Source of the DNA: Bacilli bacterium
Lineage (GTDB): Bacteria; Bacillota_I; Bacilli_A; RFN20; CAG-826
Assembly (NCBI GenBank): GCA_017626815.1
Contig: JAGAHY010000140.1
Coordinates: forward strand, 404 to 64,403
Length of the DNA: 64,000 bases
Reading direction: 5' to 3'
A model generated the notes under the pieces. It was not told where the DNA came from, did no database searches, and was given only the letters and a program-made list of their open reading frames with translations. The number at the start of each line of letters is the position of its first letter. Positions within the stretch are counted from its first letter, which is position 1. Shown in pieces: positions 29,485-38,915 of the stretch. Position numbers and translations under genes: made by a program.

Positions 29485-30156
29485 ATGGAACTGAGCGAAA
29501 AAATCAAAAACATCCGGATGGCAAACGGGCTTTCCCAAACCGAATTCGCCGCCCGCGTTTTTGTCACTCGTCAAGCGGTTAGCAAATGGGAAAAAGGCAG
29601 AAGCCTCCCTTCAACGGAATCCTTAGAGTGTATCGCCAAAGAGTTTTCTGTGCCCCTAGAAGAACTGTTGACGCCTAAAGGAAGGCCCTTTTCTGAAGAA
29701 CTGCTTGTTTTGGCTAGGCATACCCTAAAGCCTTTATTGATCCTTGGTTTGTCTACTGGCTCGGCGTTCATCCTGGCTGCGATATTTATTCTTGTCCCGT
29801 CCCTTGCCTTTCCAAATATGAGCCAAATGCTTTGGATAAGGGCCGGCATCGGGTTTGCTGTTGCGATGGGTGTGGTGGCTTTGATTTTTGGGCCGCTTTT
29901 CCTATATGCTTACTACCCATATAAAAGGTCTGCCATCTTTTATAACCATGACGGAATTTCGCTTTCGCGCAAGAAGGACGTCTTTATTAGGTACGAGAAT
30001 ATAAGGTCTGTTTCGGTGATTCCCTTCGTCCGTTTTGTAAATTCCCTTAAAATCGAGACGACAGGCGGGAAGATCTATAAGATCTATAGCCTAGAAGACG
30101 CTAATCAAGCTAAAACCATTTTAGAATCGGCTATCCTTGATCGCGGTCTTCACTAA
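29485..30156 (+). CDS. Membrane-bound XRE-family HTH regulator (HTH, two TM helices, C-terminal PH-like domain)
   Basis: 223 aa. HTH LSQTEFAARVFVTRQAVSKWEKGRS. TM segments LILGLSTGSAFILAAIFILV and GIGFAVAMGVVALIFGPLFLY. Confidence 0.7.
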   Translation: MELSEKIKNIRMANGLSQTEFAARVFVTRQAVSKWEKGRSLPSTESLECIAKEFSVPLEELLTPKGRPFSEELLVLARHTLKPLLILGLSTGSAFILAAIFILVPSLAFPNMSQMLWIRAGIGFAVAMGVVALIFGPLFLYAYYPYKRSAIFYNHDGISLSRKKDVFIRYENIRSVSVIPFVRFVNSLKIETTGGKIYKIYSLEDANQAKTILESAILDRGLH

Positions 30157-30547
30157 AAAATAAACCTATCTGGTATTTAAGTAAGCCTGATTGAAATAAC
30201 GTATACGCGTATATATTTAGGTATCGCAGGTTTTTCAATACCCGGTTCAGCCAATGTAAAAAGAAACCAAAAACGATGTCCTATCATTGCCTGCCTTTCT
30301 TTATATATAAAACGCGCGCACTAGGGGCGTGGGCGTTGATGCGATTATGCCTTTTAGAATGGAAAAAGATAGGTGTTTCTTTTTCTTTTCTCGCGCTGAA
30401 CAACGGAAATATAAAACGGCAAGTCAAGGGAACCCATCCACCTTGCTGGTGATAGCAGGAAAGAGAAGAAGAGGGAAAAGGAAGAATCGATTATGGGGCA
30501 GGGAACGTCAGATTAAAAGGCAAAACGCCGTCAGATCATTTTCAAAA

Positions 30548-30624
30548 AGCATCTCAATTTGCAGGCGTTTTTTGAAAATAATCTGACTTTTCGCGCGTAA
30601 AAATCTTTGACGTTTAACACCCGA
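30548..30624. repeat. Left arm of a ~75-bp inverted repeat pair (partner at 47649-47724)
   Basis: The reverse complement of 30560-30600 (acgtcaaagatttttacgcgcgaaaagtcagattattttca) is identical to 47660-47700. Flanks are about 85-90% identical. Confidence 0.6.
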
Positions 30625-30712
30625 CGCCGAAACGAGGCCCATGACGCCCCGCGGACGACCAAGCTTTCCGGGCGCTCGCGGAAACTTCTTGACGCGATTT
30701 AGTCGCGCCAAA

Positions 30713-31654
30713 CTAATTCCCTTTGCGCTTCTTTTTTCTATGCCGCTTTACAAGGATGACGATTACGATTGGGGTTCCGATTAGGATTAACAAAGAGGCA
30801 ATGCCGATTACTAGAAGCATGGGAAGTGGGTCGCGCTGCTTGTAGGAAGGAGCTTCGCTAGGGAGGGGGAATCGCTCTTTGTCCTCTTTCAGGCAATACT
30901 GGTTTTCCCCGATGATACATAGTTCCTCGCTGGGGATTTTGCGTAGATTTAAGGCAGGACGCATATAGATTGGAGACACCCCAAACACATTGTCATTATG
31001 CTGAATGAAGTCCATGAGCCAGCCGTTATAGAAAACGATTCCTACGTCGTTAGGAAAGTTGCTTCGGTCATGTGGTGAGCGGAGCCAATAGGAAGCGGTG
31101 ACACCTTCATAGGACGCAAGACGGCTTTGGGAGTCGATTAGCCCATAGCGTTCGCTCGAGGCCTCTTTTGCAGAAAGAAGAAACACGTGGTCGCCATCAA
31201 GGATGTTTTCCTCCGCGGCGAAGTCGACGCTTGGTGTTTTGCCTCCAAACCCGAAGGCGGCAGGGACGGAATAAGGCTCATCAGAGCAGAACGTCGGAAG
31301 GATATATTCTTTTTCTAATGCGCTGAAATGGTCTTCGAAGAAACGGGCGCACCACGCCTTCGCGTCGCTCCCCGTATACGAATTGTGCTCTTCGTCTTTC
31401 TCTTTTCGAAACGCTACGGCCTTTCCATCGTCCGAAACGAGGCTCTCAAGAAGCAAAAATAGTCCCTCTTCTCCGGTACTTGTATTCTCTCCGTCTAGGA
31501 CTTTGAAGCGGGCATCAAAACGGCATTTCTCGTCGACGATTCCAAAATGAAAGACGTCTCCCTGTCTCAATCGAAGCGCTTGCTCATTACTCTGAGCGAG
31601 GAAGGCGGGGAAGGAGGAGACAAGGAATAACAAGCCGAGGCATATAATTTTCAC
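30713..31654 (-). CDS. Secreted protein anchored by a C-terminal TM helix and basic tail, unknown function
   Basis: 313 aa. N-terminal signal peptide. C-terminal LLVIGIASLLILIGTPIVIVILV followed by KRHRKKKRKGN. Confidence 0.5.
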   Translation of the reverse strand: MKIICLGLLFLVSSFPAFLAQSNEQALRLRQGDVFHFGIVDEKCRFDARFKVLDGENTSTGEEGLFLLLESLVSDDGKAVAFRKEKDEEHNSYTGSDAKAWCARFFEDHFSALEKEYILPTFCSDEPYSVPAAFGFGGKTPSVDFAAEENILDGDHVFLLSAKEASSERYGLIDSQSRLASYEGVTASYWLRSPHDRSNFPNDVGIVFYNGWLMDFIQHNDNVFGVSPIYMRPALNLRKIPSEELCIIGENQYCLKEDKERFPLPSEAPSYKQRDPLPMLLVIGIASLLILIGTPIVIVILVKRHRKKKRKGN

Positions 31655-31759
31655 GTATATAAAAATAGATACAGCCAGGCCGCAAGGGTTGGCCGATGCG
31701 TGTTTTGATTGAATTGGAACAAAAACTGCGTTTAAGGCAGCGCCAACTTCCGACCTTTA

Positions 31760-31984
31760 TTAGTCGCTCTTTCCTAGTCGTGTCTTCTTGTTTTCCCTTA
31801 CTCTGTTCAAAGTTTGTCGTGCAAAGGAAAGGACGTATGGGCCCCTGAAGGCGACGTCGACGGATATCTCGCCTTTCTCTCGGACCGACCATCCCTCGTT
31901 CACGCAGAGCGTTGCGTAGAATTCGCGTTCGAGCGGATCTTTGATAGACAAAAGAACCAAACGCAGAAAAGCGGCATCCGACAA
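31760..31984 (-). pseudogene. Fragment resembling the DUF1016 N-terminal domain of YhcG-like PDDEXK nucleases (…LLSIKDPLEREFYATLCVNEGWSVRE…), truncated at both ends
   Basis: A short ORF in the promoter region of ABC operon 2. The motif resemblance is from memory of the family. Similarity is lost after WSVRE. Confidence 0.3.
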
Positions 31985-31988
31985 TAAG

Positions 31989-32010
31989 TTCTACCGAAAG
32001 TAGAGAAAAA
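31989..32010. promoter_or_regulatory. Palindromic candidate operator TTCTACC-GAAA-GTAGAGAAAAA, 63 bp upstream of HTH-ABC fusion gene copy 2
   Basis: Same half-sites as 7170-7189. Inverted repeat CTAC/GTAG. Confidence 0.45.
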
Positions 32011-32072
32011 ATGACGCGGATAATTTGCGAATAGACGCCTTCGCACGGATGATTAAGGCGAAAGGAACGACA

Positions 32073-34265
32073 ATGGAAAAACAATACGAAATCGGCAATC
32101 TGATCACCGAGCTCCGAAAAGAGAAGAAACTGACCCAATCCAAACTCGCCGAAGCCCTGGGCGTCACGGACAAATCGGTCTCCAAATGGGAGAACGGGAA
32201 AAGCCTGCCTGACACGAAAATCATGCCGCGGCTTTGCGAAATCTTGGGAATCTCGCTCGAAGAGCTATTGGATGGGAAGCGGAAAGCTCTATCTGACTCC
32301 CCGATGCTTGATGACCTTCAACGGCTCGAACACGTCTATAAATATTATTCGGAAGGAAACCGAGTCAACGTCGGCGTCTCCGACATCAACCTTACGCTGA
32401 ATCTTGGCGAGCGCGTCGCCATAACCGGGCCGTCTGGCTCAGGCAAGACGACTCTATTGAAGATGATTGGGGGCATCGATCATTTCGAGCGCGGCGAGAT
32501 TTTCATCCGCAAAGAAGGGATTTCTCGTTTTGATGAGGAGGATTATGAGCTCTACCGAAGGGATTTCATCGCCTATATCTTCCAAGAATATGGCGTTTTG
32601 GAAGACTATTCGTTGCTGGATAACCTCGTCCTTATCCGCCTGCTTATGGGGGACACGCACAAAGAGGCCAAAGCCAAGGCGTTAGCCATGCTCGAAAAGG
32701 TTGGATTTGCGAAATTCGCCGGCAAAAAGGCCTCCAAATTGTCCGGTGGGCAAAAGCAAAAGCTTGCCGTTGCCCGCGCCCTGCTCAAGGATTCGCCAAT
32801 CATCCTCGGGGATGAGATTACTTCGTCGCTCGACAAGAAAAGCGCGAAGGAGGTGCTGCGTCTGCTCTTCGCTAACGCTAACGGGAAACTCGTCGTCTTG
32901 GTCACGCACCACTATGAAGAGGTCGAAGAGTTCTGCACGCGCAAGATCACCATGGCCGATGGTGCGGTAGTGGGGGATGAGATTATTGAGATTACCCCTA
33001 GGACATCGGTTACGCCTCCCCGAATTCACCGAAGCGCGAACCGCCCGAATCCTTTCCGTGCTTTTGGGACACTTTGGCGAAATAGGGCCGGTCTGGTCTT
33101 CGGCCTTTCCTTGCTTTGCCTCATTCCCGCATCCGCCATCATCGCGGCTAACGTCGGCTTGGATTACGCTTATCGCGAAACCTCTCGCCAAACCACGGAG
33201 CACCTATTTGCCGAAAACGAGCTTTATGTTCGGAAGAAGGAAGGCTTCTCCGATGAGGAAATGCGCCAAATCGCCTCCATGGTGGAGGGGACCTTCATCG
33301 CTTCGCCCCACGCCACCCCCGGATTTTCCTATGTTGCCGATCCAAGCGTCTCTCCCGGGGTGCGCTATTGTACAAACAAGGACTCCGTTTTTGGACAAAG
33401 TTATCCAGTGACTTTTGCGGTGACTTTCACCGAGACCCGTCTTAGCGAGAAAGAGGAAACGTATCGGGAGAGGATTTCCATCGAAGACTATATTGCTTTG
33501 GCGCCGGTGTTTTCCTATTTCGGCAAACGGACGGAACAGACGACGGTGCTTAAGTATGTCATCGGCGAAAATGAAGTCACGTCCAACGTCTTCTGCTTCA
33601 ATTTCCGGATCGATGATGAATCGGACGCGGTTTATGTGAACCACGATTTCGCATCTATGGCTTCGAGTTTCCTTTCTTTGACTTTCCCAGATGGGTCGGT
33701 GACGGGAAACGTTATCGTCTCCGAAGGCGAAGGCGCTGGATTGCCCGCTAGCTATGTTGGTTTTACGAAAGCGCACCTTTCGCATTTTCGTTCTAGCGTG
33801 ACGGAGATGAATCTGCTTTGTCCCGCGGGGAAGAAAGAAACGATGAAGTCCGCGTTAAGGGACGCGGGTTATGTCGTCTTAGCGTCCGAAGACGAACTTG
33901 GCGGCATCAAAGGCAACGACGTCCTCTTCTCAAACGAAGCGTTGTTCTCCCTCTTTTCCGTAATCTTAACCGTGATATTGATCCCTCTTACGCGCCGCTT
34001 CTCCTCCCTGGTTTATAAAGGACAGAGACCTGAGATGGTTTTGTGGCGCAGGATCGGCTTTTCGGGAAGGGACGTGTCTGCGTCTTTCGTAGCGCTGCAA
34101 ACGGTGCCAATGCTTGCTATATGCTGCGTTTATCTTACGACATTCTGGATCGTCGGATTCGTTAGCCCCGCTTTGCTTACCCTTTCCTTTATCGAGATCG
34201 GTCTAATGGCTTATTTCCTTTGCAACGGGGACATCAAAGCCATAAGGAAGGCCATGGAGGAATAA
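32073..34265 (+). CDS. Paralog of 7257-9422: XRE HTH, ABC ATPase and permease fusion
   Basis: Start at MEKQYEIGNLITELRKEKKLTQSKLAEALGVTDKSVSKWENGK. GPSGSGKTT, LSGGQKQK, ILGDE, VTHH. Hydrophobic C-terminal region. About 75% aa identity to copy 1 over the HTH/ATPase part. Confidence 0.8.
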   Translation: MEKQYEIGNLITELRKEKKLTQSKLAEALGVTDKSVSKWENGKSLPDTKIMPRLCEILGISLEELLDGKRKALSDSPMLDDLQRLEHVYKYYSEGNRVNVGVSDINLTLNLGERVAITGPSGSGKTTLLKMIGGIDHFERGEIFIRKEGISRFDEEDYELYRRDFIAYIFQEYGVLEDYSLLDNLVLIRLLMGDTHKEAKAKALAMLEKVGFAKFAGKKASKLSGGQKQKLAVARALLKDSPIILGDEITSSLDKKSAKEVLRLLFANANGKLVVLVTHHYEEVEEFCTRKITMADGAVVGDEIIEITPRTSVTPPRIHRSANRPNPFRAFGTLWRNRAGLVFGLSLLCLIPASAIIAANVGLDYAYRETSRQTTEHLFAENELYVRKKEGFSDEEMRQIASMVEGTFIASPHATPGFSYVADPSVSPGVRYCTNKDSVFGQSYPVTFAVTFTETRLSEKEETYRERISIEDYIALAPVFSYFGKRTEQTTVLKYVIGENEVTSNVFCFNFRIDDESDAVYVNHDFASMASSFLSLTFPDGSVTGNVIVSEGEGAGLPASYVGFTKAHLSHFRSSVTEMNLLCPAGKKETMKSALRDAGYVVLASEDELGGIKGNDVLFSNEALFSLFSVILTVILIPLTRRFSSLVYKGQRPEMVLWRRIGFSGRDVSASFVALQTVPMLAICCVYLTTFWIVGFVSPALLTLSFIEIGLMAYFLCNGDIKAIRKAMEE

Positions 34266-34268
34266 GCG

Positions 34269-36296
34269 ATGATTGAATTACTAAACGTAACGAAGACCTA
34301 TGATGCGGGCGAAATTAGTGAAGTGACGGCCGTCAATGACGTGAACTTAAAGATCGGCAACGCCGGATTGGTCTGCCTCTTTGGCCCTTCAGGGTGTGGC
34401 AAAACGACGTTATTGAACCTCATCGGCGGATTGGACGCCCCAACAAAAGGCAAGGTCCTCGTCGATGGGAAAAGCGTGGATGATGCGTTCCGGTTAAACC
34501 ATGTGGGATGCGTGTTCCAGGATTTCGTGTTGATGGACTCGCTTACGGTAGCGGAAAACGTCCGTCTCCTCGACCCCTCCATCACCGATGCCCGCATCAA
34601 CGAAACGCTCTCTAGTTTGGGAATCCTTGGCTTGCGTGAAAGAAAGGCGTCCAAACTTTCGGGCGGCGAGAAGCAACGCGTTTGCATCGCTAGGGCGATC
34701 ATTGGGAACCCTTCATTCATCATCGCGGATGAACCAACGGGGAACCTCGATGGGGAAAACCGCGTCGCCATCATGCGCATATTGAAGTCGATTTCGAAGC
34801 GCACCCTCGTCCTTTTGGTCTCCCACGAAAAGGATCTTGTCGAAGAATACGCCGATCGGATCATCCGCATCGAGGACGGTTCCATCGTTAGCGATTCAAA
34901 TTCCGATTTCGCTGCAAATACGGCATTTTCGATTGGAAAATGCGTTGATACGAAGGTTCCTTTGCGCAGGACAAAGCGCAAAAAATCCAATATCGTGGCG
35001 GGAATTTTATCCTGCATCGCCATCATTGCCTCTTGCTTTATCGCTGGCTTTGTTTCCGGCAAGGCCGAGGCGACAAACCGTTATCCGGAAACCGTTTATC
35101 GGATGACCAAACCCATGGACGCCGAAGACCGCGCCGTCCTCTCCCCCTATGCTTTTTTCCGTAGCTGCCCAACCGTGGGCGGGCTTTCTCTTGGCGATAG
35201 CGAAACGACGGAGCATGGCTTCGTCGGCGGCCCCGTCGTTCTCCCGTTTGATTTCTATGGTTCGGGCACCTCTTGGGAATATGACGAGGACTCCATCGTC
35301 CTCACCAGCGGCGCCGCGAAAACGTTGATAGAAAAGTCGTATTCAAGTTTGCGCAATTCCTATCGAAACCTCATGCTTTCCCAATATGGGATCAACAAAG
35401 CGGATGATCTCATTGGATTACGTTTCAAAACCGGGCACACGATCCGCGCGATTTTGCCCGGGGAGGAAAACGTGGGCTATATCAGCCCGCGAAGTTTTTA
35501 TCGCTTAGGCGCCACGATATTCGCTGGCGATGGCGAAACAAAAGAATATTATGCTTTCAATTATTTCTCCTCTCGCGCGTTCGTTCATCTCGCCGGCATC
35601 GACCTTGGCGAAGACAAAATCTATGCTCCTAAGGACCATCCCGTCGCCAAAAGGGAATTCATGGAGATTGGAGGAAGAAGCTACAAGGTCGAGGTTTCCC
35701 CTTCGCTGCAAGGGTTTGAGGAACTTGTTCTGCCCTCTTATGCGGCTTCTGCGATCGCGGGCGATTCCATCACTTGGGCCTATGCTTGGGACAATGACAC
35801 TTTTAGCAAACTCATCCGATCTTACGAAAATGTTGACTCTGAGAATCTACATGAAGCCGAGGCGCGGCGTATCAACCAAACAAAAGCCATATTCGGTTCT
35901 ATCGTCGGCGGCGTCGGATTAGCGGCTTTTGCCCTTATGTCCTATTTCTATGCGGTCGATTTGCAGGCCTACTTCAAAGACAACAAAAACGAATACGTCG
36001 TTTACCGTAGCTTAGGAGTGAATAGATCCCGCTTATTCAAGAGAGCGTTGCTGGGCGTATTCTCTGGCGCGCTTCCTTTGATGGCCGTCGGCTCACTCTC
36101 TGGGGTATTGATCGTCGCTTTCTTGGGGCGAAGCGATGTGGCAAGCCTCTATTTGACACTGCACATCGGCACCTTCTTCATTGGAGTTTCCTTGGCCGTC
36201 CTACTCGTGCTGTCTCTTTGTGCCGTGCTGCTTTGGAAAAGGTTCTTGCCAAGCGCCGCGGAATTCAAAAGGTTAAACCAGCAGATAGAGCCGTAG
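34269..36296 (+). CDS. Paralog of 9419-11416: MacB-like ABC ATPase::FtsX permease
   Basis: GPSGCGKTT, LSGGEKQR, IIADEPTGNLD, VSHE. Same TM organisation as copy 1. Confidence 0.85.
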   Translation: MIELLNVTKTYDAGEISEVTAVNDVNLKIGNAGLVCLFGPSGCGKTTLLNLIGGLDAPTKGKVLVDGKSVDDAFRLNHVGCVFQDFVLMDSLTVAENVRLLDPSITDARINETLSSLGILGLRERKASKLSGGEKQRVCIARAIIGNPSFIIADEPTGNLDGENRVAIMRILKSISKRTLVLLVSHEKDLVEEYADRIIRIEDGSIVSDSNSDFAANTAFSIGKCVDTKVPLRRTKRKKSNIVAGILSCIAIIASCFIAGFVSGKAEATNRYPETVYRMTKPMDAEDRAVLSPYAFFRSCPTVGGLSLGDSETTEHGFVGGPVVLPFDFYGSGTSWEYDEDSIVLTSGAAKTLIEKSYSSLRNSYRNLMLSQYGINKADDLIGLRFKTGHTIRAILPGEENVGYISPRSFYRLGATIFAGDGETKEYYAFNYFSSRAFVHLAGIDLGEDKIYAPKDHPVAKREFMEIGGRSYKVEVSPSLQGFEELVLPSYAASAIAGDSITWAYAWDNDTFSKLIRSYENVDSENLHEAEARRINQTKAIFGSIVGGVGLAAFALMSYFYAVDLQAYFKDNKNEYVVYRSLGVNRSRLFKRALLGVFSGALPLMAVGSLSGVLIVAFLGRSDVASLYLTLHIGTFFIGVSLAVLLVLSLCAVLLWKRFLPSAAEFKRLNQQIEP

Positions 36297-36317
36297 CGTA
36301 GTTTTGAAACCGCGGTA

Positions 36318-36520
36318 TCATGAAGCAGACGCCTTGATGACCCTTGCTTGCCGATGGCGGGGGAAAGGAGGCCAACCATGGAATACCGTAACTACAATGA
36401 CGTTCTCTATCTTCACTTGGACGAAGGGGATGAAGTGCTTCTGCCTGGCGAGAAAGACGAAGTCGCTCCCCATCTTTAGAATGAATTTCTGCAGCTCGGC
36501 GAGGATCGCGTTCTCCAAAT
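36318..36520 (-). pseudogene. Fragment resembling the start of the PDDEXK domain of YhcG/DUF1016 nucleases (…YSEKDLENAILAELQKFILKMGSDFVFLARQKHF…)
   Basis: Only the C-terminal ~65 aa of the 169-aa ORF are family-like. The rest overlaps repeat B2 and reads as gibberish. Confidence 0.3.
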
Positions 36521-36593
36521 CCTTTTCACTGTAGGTGTCCTCGAGCCCCAAAAAGGAAAGGGAGTATGGGTGGGGCTGGGCAACGACAGGAGT

Positions 36594-36836
36594 TGTCGCC
36601 GCCCAAGCCCAACCATCTAGCTTTGCACAAAACCATCCATCCTGACGACGCAGCAACAAAACACATAGAAACTCAACCAAGCACCAGGTCTTTTTCTTTA
36701 CGCCGACGCCCATCCATACGCCAGACGCCCACGCCGCCGACCCCTTCGCCCCAAGCATGAGCCCAGCCTTCGCCCGCGCTGATACTTTCAGACCATGTGG
36801 CCACATGCCCATAAACAAGCCATACAAGCTCCACGT
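36594..36836. repeat. Repeat family B, copy 2
   Basis: See copy 1 at 28403-28702. Confidence 0.55.
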
Positions 36837-36844
36837 TCAATTTC

Positions 36845-36906
36845 CACAAACTTCCGATTAATATTATCACAAACTTCCGATTAACCTTTCGCTTTTCTTC
36901 CGATTT
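36845..36906. promoter_or_regulatory. Direct repeats CACAAACTTCCGATTAA ×2 (plus a partial third CTTCCGATTTA) upstream of the AAA ATPase gene
   Basis: Two perfect 17-mers 6 bp apart and a third partial copy, within 100 bp of the start at 36951. Candidate iterons or regulator binding sites. Confidence 0.4.
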
Positions 36907-36950
36907 ACGATGTTTTATGCTATGATACCGTTGAAAAAAAGAAAGGGTTT

Positions 36951-38249
36951 TTGCCGATGGAAAACGATTATATGCCAAGACTGTTTGATGGTATTTTGGA
37001 TTTTTCCTTGAAGACCAAAGGCGCGGTTGTAGTAACGGGGCCAAAATGGTGTGGTAAGTCCAGAACGACGAAAAGAGTAGCTAAAACAATCATTGACTTG
37101 ATGCCTAGGCAAACGAGGAAAAACATTGTTGAGTATGCCGAAGCGGCTCCCCACGAATTCCTAAACGACGGAGAGAAACCGATGCTCATTGACGAATGGC
37201 AGCACATTTCTTTTATTTGGGATGACATCAAGGCCGAGGTGGATAACGCGGGTGAATTCGGCCTGTATATTTTGACGGGAAGCGTTACCGACAGGGAATC
37301 CTATGCGGATTTTTCCCTTGGCGATAGGCATACCGGGAACGGGCGTATTGTTAGAAAGATGATGCGCCCGATGACCCTTTATGAAAGCGGAGAGAGCAAC
37401 GGGAAGGTTTCTATTAGCGACTTACTAAAGGGGAGCTTTACGCCATGCTTTTCCAGGGCGACAATCAAAGACTATGCTTTTTATATCTGCAGAGGTGGTT
37501 GGCCGCTTGCCATCCACAAAGACAGGGAGGTCGCGCTTCAGCAGGCTATTGATTATTATAGCGTTGTTGTCACCGACGATATTTTTTCCATCAAATCGAT
37601 ACCGTTGAGGCATGACGAATTTAAGGCGAGGCAAGTTATGAGGTCATATGCTAGGAATGTCTCCATTGCTGCAAGCGATCAGACTCTTTTGTCCGATTGC
37701 GTAAGCGACGAGTCAACGTTCGACGAGGAAACGTTTTCTAAATACTTGGAGGCATTGCGATACCTGTTCGTCATCGAAGAATTACCGGCCTGGAATCCAA
37801 ACCTGAGAAGCAAAACCGCAATTAGAACGAAACCAACAAGGCACTTCGTGGATCCTTCAATTGCTGCTGCCGCGCTTGGCGTATCTCCCGAAGGGCTCTT
37901 CAAAGATATGACAACATTCGGCTTTTTGTTTGAATCGCTGGCTGTTAGGGACTTAAGGGTGTATGCGGATGTCCTGGGGGCTAAGCTTTATAAGTACAGG
38001 GATTCGAGTAAGCGGGAGGCCGATATCGTGATGCAATTCAGGGATGGAAGCTATGCCTTGATGGAGGTCAAACTTGGCGGGGACAGGGATGTCGAAGACG
38101 CGGCAGCGAAGTTAATTGCAATCAGAGATGATATCGATCCCGAAAAAACAGGTAGACCCGCTTTCTTGATGGTCATCACAAAAGGCAATGTCGCTTTACG
38201 CAGAAAGGACGGGGTATATGTCGTGCCCTTGGGATGCCTAATGCCTTAA
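36951..38249 (+). CDS. AAA-family ATPase with C-terminal DUF4143 domain
   Basis: 432 aa. Walker A GPKWCGKS. The family-typical N-terminal MPRLFDG…ILDF… region. Confidence 0.8.
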   Translation: MPMENDYMPRLFDGILDFSLKTKGAVVVTGPKWCGKSRTTKRVAKTIIDLMPRQTRKNIVEYAEAAPHEFLNDGEKPMLIDEWQHISFIWDDIKAEVDNAGEFGLYILTGSVTDRESYADFSLGDRHTGNGRIVRKMMRPMTLYESGESNGKVSISDLLKGSFTPCFSRATIKDYAFYICRGGWPLAIHKDREVALQQAIDYYSVVVTDDIFSIKSIPLRHDEFKARQVMRSYARNVSIAASDQTLLSDCVSDESTFDEETFSKYLEALRYLFVIEELPAWNPNLRSKTAIRTKPTRHFVDPSIAAAALGVSPEGLFKDMTTFGFLFESLAVRDLRVYADVLGAKLYKYRDSSKREADIVMQFRDGSYALMEVKLGGDRDVEDAAAKLIAIRDDIDPEKTGRPAFLMVITKGNVALRRKDGVYVVPLGCLMP

Positions 38250-38370
38250 GTGATGGATCTTTGTGGAAAAGGCCGTCGTTTAAAAATGTTCCCCAACAAG
38301 CAGCAAAACCCCGCTTTCCCGATTGGGCAAATCTGATAAATAGAATTGTAGAGAACTCGCAACACGATAT

Positions 38371-38379
38371 TGATATAAT
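38371..38379 (+). promoter_or_regulatory. Extended -10 element TGaTATAAT upstream of precursor gene P1
   Basis: Perfect TATAAT with upstream TG, 27 nt before the GTG start, followed by an AAGGAG RBS. Confidence 0.4.
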
Positions 38380-38405
38380 GAAACCAAGCAAGGAGATTGT
38401 TTTCT

Positions 38406-38675
38406 GTGAAAGAAGAATTATTACAAGGCTTAACCGAAGAGCAAATCGCTAAGGTTAAGGCATGCAAGAACCAAGAAGAAATTTTGGCGGTGGCTAAAAA
38501 GGAAGGCATAGAGCTCACTGAAGAGCAACTCGAAGCCGTTAATGGAGGCTGTGGAACGCCGACCGTCGTCCCTTGTCCTAGGTGCAAATCGACGAATGTC
38601 TATTATTGCGGACAGAATCTATGCTCCGAAAAAGAGTATAAATGTAACGAGTGCGATTATCGGTTTTGGCGGTAA
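38406..38675 (+). CDS. RiPP-type precursor peptide P1: Nif11-like leader ending in GG, plus a Cys-rich zinc-ribbon-like core
   Basis: GTG start after an AAGGAG RBS; the ORF-track TTG start at 38397 is upstream of it. Leader MKEELLQGLTEEQIAKVKACKNQEEILAVAKKEGIELTEEQLEAVNGG. Core CGTPTVVPCPRCKSTNVYYCGQNLCSEKEYKCNECDYRFWR. Confidence 0.7.
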   Translation: MKEELLQGLTEEQIAKVKACKNQEEILAVAKKEGIELTEEQLEAVNGGCGTPTVVPCPRCKSTNVYYCGQNLCSEKEYKCNECDYRFWR

Positions 38676-38680
38676 TAACG

Positions 38681-38743
38681 ATAAAAGAAGAATTGTTACA
38701 AGGCTTAACCGAAGAACAACTAGAAGCTGCTTCGGGCGGATAG
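38681..38743 (+). pseudogene. Leader-only stub (I)KEELLQGLTEEQLEAASGG*, an internally deleted duplicate of the P1 leader with no core
   Basis: Starts 6 nt after the P1 stop. Looks like a deletion between the two TEEQ-encoding repeats of a leader. Confidence 0.45.
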
Positions 38744-38860
38744 TTACATTCCCTGAAGCATTTTGCAAAGAATGCGGCCCCCGTTGAAAAGAAAAAGGGC
38801 TTTGAAAGGTTTTCTGAAAAAATAGTCCTGATTTTCTGTTGAATATACAGAGGAATAATA

Positions 38861-38915
38861 AAGCCCGGTGCTGACACCATTGACTTGGATGTTAAACCGG
38901 GCTTTTCCTTCGTTT
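38861..38915 (+). terminator. Possible terminator after P1 (aagcccggt…accgggctt stem, large loop, T-rich tail)
   Basis: 9-bp stem with a 26-nt loop followed by ttccttcgtttta. The loop is atypically large. Confidence 0.3.

Noticed and set aside
30508-30711. 67-aa ORF inside the left inverted-repeat arm
   Set aside because: The partner repeat at 47.65 kb has no matching intact ORF. Basic low-complexity sequence. Most likely non-coding repeat sequence.
31587-32138. 183-aa minus-strand ORF spanning the promoter region of ABC operon 2
   Set aside because: Arg-rich low-complexity translation. It overlaps the start of 30713-31654 and the palindromic operator. Only a short internal stretch, called separately as a DUF1016_N-like fragment in another frame, looks protein-like.
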